Assembly (NCBI GenBank): GCA_965263355.1
Contig: CBDHHL010000056.1
Span: 992,001-1,056,000, forward strand
Direction of reading: 5' to 3'
Source of the DNA: Leptolyngbyaceae cyanobacterium
GTDB taxonomy: Bacteria > Cyanobacteriota > Cyanobacteriia > Phormidesmidales > Phormidesmidaceae
Length of the DNA: 64,000 nucleotides
Of this stretch, positions 58,960 to 64,000 are shown in pieces. Under the pieces are notes generated by a model, which made no database searches, was not told the origin of the DNA, and saw nothing but the letters and a program-made list of their open reading frames with translations. The number at the start of each line of letters is the position of its first letter. Positions within the stretch are counted from its first letter, which is position 1. The translations under genes were made by a program, and so were the position numbers.

Positions 58960-61900
58960 CTATTGCTGAGGATGAACCACTAGCGCAATCATGCGAGTTT
59001 GACCACGCGTGAGCTGAATCGGGAAAGAAATTATCTTTTGAGATAAGTTATCCCCACTAAAAAGAATACTGTCGCCAATGCGGGCGTCAATTCTCAGATC
59101 CAGATTCTGGATTGCATGTTGTGCCTTAACCAAGGCTTCCAGGGCTGTCCAAATGCGAGCACCCGCTAAGGCCGCCCCATCCATATCCATAAGCTGTTGT
59201 AATAAGGGGCGTCTGGACTCTCCCAAAAGGGCAATCCAGTCTGACACAGTCCGGGGCTTAACTGGTTCAATATCACACCCCTGTACTCCATAATCAGCTA
59301 CACAGAGACATACTCGATCATCGTGGGCTAGGGAAATATCAAGGTTGTCGGGCACGCAATTCTGAACAACTGGCTTCCCTGACTCCAGCCAGATAAATTC
59401 TGGCTCTAGAGACTCAAAAGGTTGGGATTGGATGGCCAGAGTTTGTTTTAATTCACCATTCCCCCTATGTCGCAGTTTGCTCATCACTGTTTGGATGAGC
59501 GGTAATTCCAGTTGGTGACGATCGCTGGCTTCCCGTTGATGTAACCCCAGAATATTCATTACGGCGGCTGCAGGCATTGGCATACCAAATTTCTTGGAAA
59601 TCTCCGCCAGCTTGGCCTGAAGAATTTCCCCATCTCTTTGGTCAGGATGGGCCAACTGTTGCGCAGTTGGATTGTCCGGTCGATGCTCTAAGCGTCGCAG
59701 GCGATAACCAGTCAGTCTTTCAATCAGGTTGCCTTCTCCATCGACCACGGCAATCGAAAGGGTGTAGCCTTGCTCGTCCTGGGCATTTAATGTGGCCACA
59801 CCCGTGAGCGATCGCACCCCCCGGTGGGTGGGTGGGTAAATCTCCCAGCTATCGATGCCAATGGGCAAACACACGTCTTGGGGCATCGCCGCTTGGCCCG
59901 ATTGGAGCAGCGCATCTCGGAAAAAGGGATCCCCCAACAATCCAGTTTCATTCAAGTTGTCTGGATTATCCGATTCGCCCGTGGCAATCTGCTGGGCGGT
60001 GAAGAGATAGCGATCGCCGGTAATGCTGTAGAACTGCTCTAACCGCTGAAAGCAGGGACCCTGAAACAGGAGAGAACCGTACAAATCCTCATCTGGCCTA
60101 ATATCCAATGGGGTATCGGGTAACTCAACCGGCTCGCGAGGGGGTACTGCATCGATATCTAAAACGAACGTCGCCGAAAAGTGATCCTTGGCAAATCCTG
60201 ATAGCTCTGTGCGAATAGCCGCTTTCACCTTTCGAGATTCATCCTTCGTTTGCCGTTCGATCACATGGGCCTGGATTTCAATCTCAGTCCCTTTTTCTGG
60301 ATCGACCACAATCCCTCGTTCTAATTGGATATCTTCAATCCTGACAACCCTAAAATCATCATCTCCTATTACCAGTGCAGCGGCTTGGGCCATCGCCTCC
60401 AAGCCAAACACCGTTGGGAACAGATAGGAGCCTTTATAATGGTGATCCTTAAGATAAGGGTGATTTTCTAAGGAAAGTTGAGTTCGTGTAACAATCTCTA
60501 CCCGAGGTTCATGAGTAGCCATTCCAGATACAGTCAGGAATTTTGAGGCCCGCGCACAGGGTTTGGGCTGAGACCTCCACGTGTCATAGCCAGCAGTTGA
60601 CGCTGCCATCGTTCTCATTGGCCCAGTGACTAAGATACGGTTCTGTCCAGGGTCATTGTGTACAAGGTTGAGGAATCGGCGGACCCCCTCGTCTTTACTA
60701 ATTGCTCCAATGCCCATTTGACGTAGAAAACGTACTGCTCCCATCTCGAAGCCCATACCCACTTCGTCCCACACTCCATACGCGGGACAAAGCACCTCAG
60801 TTTGAGGATGCTGGGCACCAAATGCTTGCAATAGTAATTCCATGGCTTCATTGGAGAACCCATACCAGCCGTTGCGCTGCATACCGGTAAAGCCAATGAT
60901 GGAAGAGAGCCCGACAAATAGTTTGAGTGGAACGTCGTTTAGTGCAGTGCATAGATTGATAACGCCGTTCAGCTTAGGCGCAATTTCCGTCAATGCCTCT
61001 GCGGTAGAAATGCTATCAAGACTCCGAGGTCGATTAATGGCTGCGCCGTGGATCACTCCAGTAATAGCACCCATTTCACGTTGAACCTGGGCGACTAAAT
61101 TTTGGACCGCTTCAAAATCCGTCACATCGCATGGGTAGTATCGGCAGGTCAATGACTTTTCTTCAAAGCGTTTCAGAGTGGTTAAAATTGCTTGGCTGCG
61201 GGGATTGTCGTCAGCTTCATTGGGCTGGGGAGAGCTGCCGACCAGGGCCATTTTCACCCCGGTTGATTCTGCAAGTGCGATCGCGCATTCTGCCGTAATT
61301 CCCTTTGCTCCCCCAGTTACCAGCATCACATCTTCACCGGTCCAGGTAATCGAACGGGGTTGATAATCAGCCGCTTCTTGCACTACCGGGCGTGGCATCA
61401 GACGCTGTAGCTCTGCGTTATACCCGACCGCCGCATAGGGCTCTGGGGTAGCGAGTTCAGCCATCACTCGCTCAGCTAACTGGGGGGGAGACACAGTGGG
61501 AGAAAAATCAAGCGACCTCACCTTAAGATCGGGACGTTCTAGATGTAAGCTAGCTGCCAATGCCTGGGTGCAGGTTTGATCAATAGCCGCCCCTGGATAA
61601 TTGGTGCCAAAGACGCCGCCACCGAATTGCACATAGCCCACGGTTAAATTGGCATGCTGTCTGCTGTCTGCAGCAGGGGGAGCCGTGAAGGGCTGCAGAC
61701 GATCCACGATAGCCCTAAGGCTGTTGGGGGATATCGTGGTCGCTTTAGACTGTCGGGGCAAAATGGCAATTAGATGAGAAAATGCTGTCATCTCGATCTG
61801 AAGGGGATGACAAACCTGTTCAAAGGAGACTACCTGCACTTGAGCACCTTGAGCCTGCATCGCTTCTCGTAAGCAACTGGCAAACTCTACCTCTGCAGAT

Positions 61901-64000
61901 TCGCAAGCGATCAGGCAGTTAGTCGCAGTCCAATCTATGTTTTCAGGTACGTCTGCTTGAACCGATGTTACTAAAGGTAAGTCTTCCGGTAGGTACTCCA
62001 CTGTGAAGTTTCTTACCCAGGTCTTCCCTTGTTCCTTAGTCTCAGACGACACCCTACCTGTAGCAACTGCATGGCGAATCACCTCAGCAATTTCAGTCAG
62101 GGTGCTGTTGGCTAACTCAGGTGGCTCAACCACACCAGCCACACCATATTTTGCCGCCGTAGCACCAATAATTTCTCCTGCCTTAATGGACTCCAACCTA
62201 AGATCTTCCAGCAACCTCGCCGATAGGGGAATACTCTCTTTGGTGAACCCTGTTTCCTGGATAATCTTTTCCAACAGGGCATCTTCAATCGATTGCTCAC
62301 CTTCCCCGGTTTCAGTTTGCGACTGTCCATCCGGATTAGCTGAGTCTGCATCCGTAAGAGCTTGGTCCTTTAAGGTATCACCGAAGGTCGCCTCTGAATC
62401 CGACGGCCAATGTTGCACATCGGCTTTAATCATCTCGGCGACAAACGGTGCTCGCACATTCAAATAGTTTGAAAATGCCTGGGGCGATAGCTCCGTCAGC
62501 TGGCTCAATTGGTTGGAAATGCCAAAACCTACTGCTTCTGACGGGAGTTCAATCTCCTCAAAGGGTGTCTCACAAGGATTCGCAATAAACTGCTTGGGCC
62601 ACACCCAAGCACGCACCAAACGATTTTCATAAAGGACATTCCAATGAATGTCGCCGCCGTTGGCGTACGTGGCTGCCACTACTGTGTTGATATCTCGATC
62701 GGCACCACCTTTAGATTCAACCGGCAAGCAGGATGGCCCCTCCGTCCCCTGAATACTAAAAGTCAGCCCCGATAGTACTTTTCCAGGCCCCACCTCCACT
62801 AGCACATCACAGTGGGTAGAAAGAGACTCCACCAAGGCCATAAAATCTACCTGGGCAGTGATTTGGCGACTAAAATGTTCTCGCAGATCGAGTCCCGTCT
62901 CCATGGGCTGACCGTTGATACTAGAGAACAACGGTATCCTTGTTATGCCCAACGTATCAGGAATTTGGGCAGACTGGCGGAGTTTGGTGGCAGCGGCGGC
63001 CACAAACGGAGAGTGGAAGGCATTAGATACCGACAACAGACGTGTTTGGAAACCTGCATCTGTCGCCAGGTCAATCAAAACGTCCACATCGTCGCTTGAT
63101 CCAGAAACAATCGTCTGTGTTGGGCCATTGATATTGGCAATCACCACATTACGAGTGGTATTTTCACTCACCATCGCTAACAATGCCTCGGCTTGCTGCT
63201 TAGAGCATGCCAAACTAGCCATTGTGCCTGCATTATTTGTAGTAGACGCCATGGCCTGTCCCCTAAGGGCGGCTAACTGTAACAGCACTTTTTCATCAAA
63301 AGCACCAGCGGCATAAAAAGCGCTCAGTTCCCCCAAGCTATGTCCGCCAACGGCGACAGCTTCAATGCCAAGCTTTTGGAGATAATGCATCCAAATTAAC
63401 GAGGCCAAGCAAATGGCGGGTTGGGCTATGTCGGTTTGTGCAAGTTCTTTTTTCCAGGTACGAATCTGTTCTTTATCGTCTGCTCTATCTAGGGAGCGAT
63501 AGATGTAAGGGCCTACGGGAGAAATTTCCATGTCTTGCAGCCAGTCGTCCGCTTGACGCACCATGTCCTTGGCCCAGTCAAAACGCTCCATCAGCATGCG
63601 GGCCATGTTCAGCTGCTGCGAACCCTGGCCAGGGAATAGCAGGCCGATGCGACATTGGGACTTAGCATTAGATAGCCAAACAGTTTTTATAGCATTGACC
63701 TTGACTTCGCCAACGGATGGCGGCATCTCAATGAGAGTTTGTTCTAGCCATTGGAGGTGATCCGTAAGTTCGTCGGCAGTACTGGCCAATACTGCGGCGC
63801 GAATGGGGTGCTTTGGGTCTAGTTTGTGGGTGAGATCGGCGGCGAAATCAACTAATTCGCCGACACTAAGATGGCGTGCGATCGCAGCAACATCCTTAAC
63901 CTGTCGTTGTAATGAGTCAATAGACTCGGCGCTGAAGGCAAATAGCTCACTCTCCTGACTAGAGACAAGTAACTTATCTTCCGGTAAGTCTGGCTGCAGT
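58960..64000 (-). CDS. iterative type I polyketide synthase, enediyne PKSE-like (AT-ACP-KR-DH-PPTase visible; 5' end outside window)
   Basis: AT FPGQGSQ/GHSLGE/AFHS; ACP LLEDLRLESI; KR VTGGAKGIT; DH YLKDHHYKGSYLFP; PPTase GCDIEP/WTALEALVKA; frame stays open upstream of 63789. Confidence 0.85.
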   Translation of the reverse strand, partial: LQPDLPEDKLLVSSQESELFAFSAESIDSLQRQVKDVAAIARHLSVGELVDFAADLTHKLDPKHPIRAAVLASTADELTDHLQWLEQTLIEMPPSVGEVKVNAIKTVWLSNAKSQCRIGLLFPGQGSQQLNMARMLMERFDWAKDMVRQADDWLQDMEISPVGPYIYRSLDRADDKEQIRTWKKELAQTDIAQPAICLASLIWMHYLQKLGIEAVAVGGHSLGELSAFYAAGAFDEKVLLQLAALRGQAMASTTNNAGTMASLACSKQQAEALLAMVSENTTRNVVIANINGPTQTIVSGSSDDVDVLIDLATDAGFQTRLLSVSNAFHSPFVAAAATKLRQSAQIPDTLGITRIPLFSSINGQPMETGLDLREHFSRQITAQVDFMALVESLSTHCDVLVEVGPGKVLSGLTFSIQGTEGPSCLPVESKGGADRDINTVVAATYANGGDIHWNVLYENRLVRAWVWPKQFIANPCETPFEEIELPSEAVGFGISNQLSQLTELSPQAFSNYLNVRAPFVAEMIKADVQHWPSDSEATFGDTLKDQALTDADSANPDGQSQTETGEGEQSIEDALLEKIIQETGFTKESIPLSARLLEDLRLESIKAGEIIGATAAKYGVAGVVEPPELANSTLTEIAEVIRHAVATGRVSSETKEQGKTWVRNFTVEYLPEDLPLVTSVQADVPENIDWTATNCLIACESAEVEFASCLREAMQAQGAQVQVVSFEQVCHPLQIEMTAFSHLIAILPRQSKATTISPNSLRAIVDRLQPFTAPPAADSRQHANLTVGYVQFGGGVFGTNYPGAAIDQTCTQALAASLHLERPDLKVRSLDFSPTVSPPQLAERVMAELATPEPYAAVGYNAELQRLMPRPVVQEAADYQPRSITWTGEDVMLVTGGAKGITAECAIALAESTGVKMALVGSSPQPNEADDNPRSQAILTTLKRFEEKSLTCRYYPCDVTDFEAVQNLVAQVQREMGAITGVIHGAAINRPRSLDSISTAEALTEIAPKLNGVINLCTALNDVPLKLFVGLSSIIGFTGMQRNGWYGFSNEAMELLLQAFGAQHPQTEVLCPAYGVWDEVGMGFEMGAVRFLRQMGIGAISKDEGVRRFLNLVHNDPGQNRILVTGPMRTMAASTAGYDTWRSQPKPCARASKFLTVSGMATHEPRVEIVTRTQLSLENHPYLKDHHYKGSYLFPTVFGLEAMAQAAALVIGDDDFRVVRIEDIQLERGIVVDPEKGTEIEIQAHVIERQTKDESRKVKAAIRTELSGFAKDHFSATFVLDIDAVPPREPVELPDTPLDIRPDEDLYGSLLFQGPCFQRLEQFYSITGDRYLFTAQQIATGESDNPDNLNETGLLGDPFFRDALLQSGQAAMPQDVCLPIGIDSWEIYPPTHRGVRSLTGVATLNAQDEQGYTLSIAVVDGEGNLIERLTGYRLRRLEHRPDNPTAQQLAHPDQRDGEILQAKLAEISKKFGMPMPAAAVMNILGLHQREASDRHQLELPLIQTVMSKLRHRGNGELKQTLAIQSQPFESLEPEFIWLESGKPVVQNCVPDNLDISLAHDDRVCLCVADYGVQGCDIEPVKPRTVSDWIALLGESRRPLLQQLMDMDGAALAGARIWTALEALVKAQHAIQNLDLRIDARIGDSILFSGDNLSQKIISFPIQLTRGQTRMIALVVHPQQ

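Noticed and set aside
55570..64000. Heterocyst glycolipid (hglE) cluster
   Set aside because: The PKS has a single ACP plus DH and PPTase domains, unlike multi-ACP HglE, and DevBCA-family pumps also occur in non-heterocystous strains.

Overview
This 64 kb window is cyanobacterial DNA: HIP1 (GCGATCGC) sites are frequent and the gene content is typical of filamentous cyanobacteria. (1) 1-11005: the 3' end of a type I-D CRISPR-Cas locus (csc1/cas5d end, cas6, cas4, cas1, cas2, leader) and an array of about 103 repeats, counted by hand. (2) 11.1-39 kb: mostly housekeeping and accessory genes (codA, uvrA, Uma2 nucleases, PepSY and RTX proteins, a PIN/HicB-like toxin-antitoxin pair with attC-like sites, a two-component operon with a porin, glgX, 5'-nucleotidase, pip). 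(3) About 39.1-55.5 kb: a translation-stress/RNA-repair-type island with an HNH gene behind a probable attenuator, a tRNA array (16 intact-looking and 5 broken tRNA genes), DIP1984-family, NADAR and TROVE-like/vWA genes, a small Gly-ended protein and ThiF. A filamentous-haemagglutinin gene splits the island. (4) 55.6-64 kb: a DevBCA-type exporter downstream of an enediyne-PKSE-like polyketide synthase that runs off the window edge. The main finding is inside the tRNA array. A non-coding stretch at 44102-44332 joins a sarcin-ricin-loop mimic and a gap-free, covarying mimic of the 23S rRNA L11-binding (GTPase-associated) domain within one set of nested helices. Nearby are three copies of a shared RNA scaffold, one carrying a circularly permuted tRNA-like module, possibly non-canonical Y RNAs for the TROVE-like protein. 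All calls were made by eye and no searches were run.
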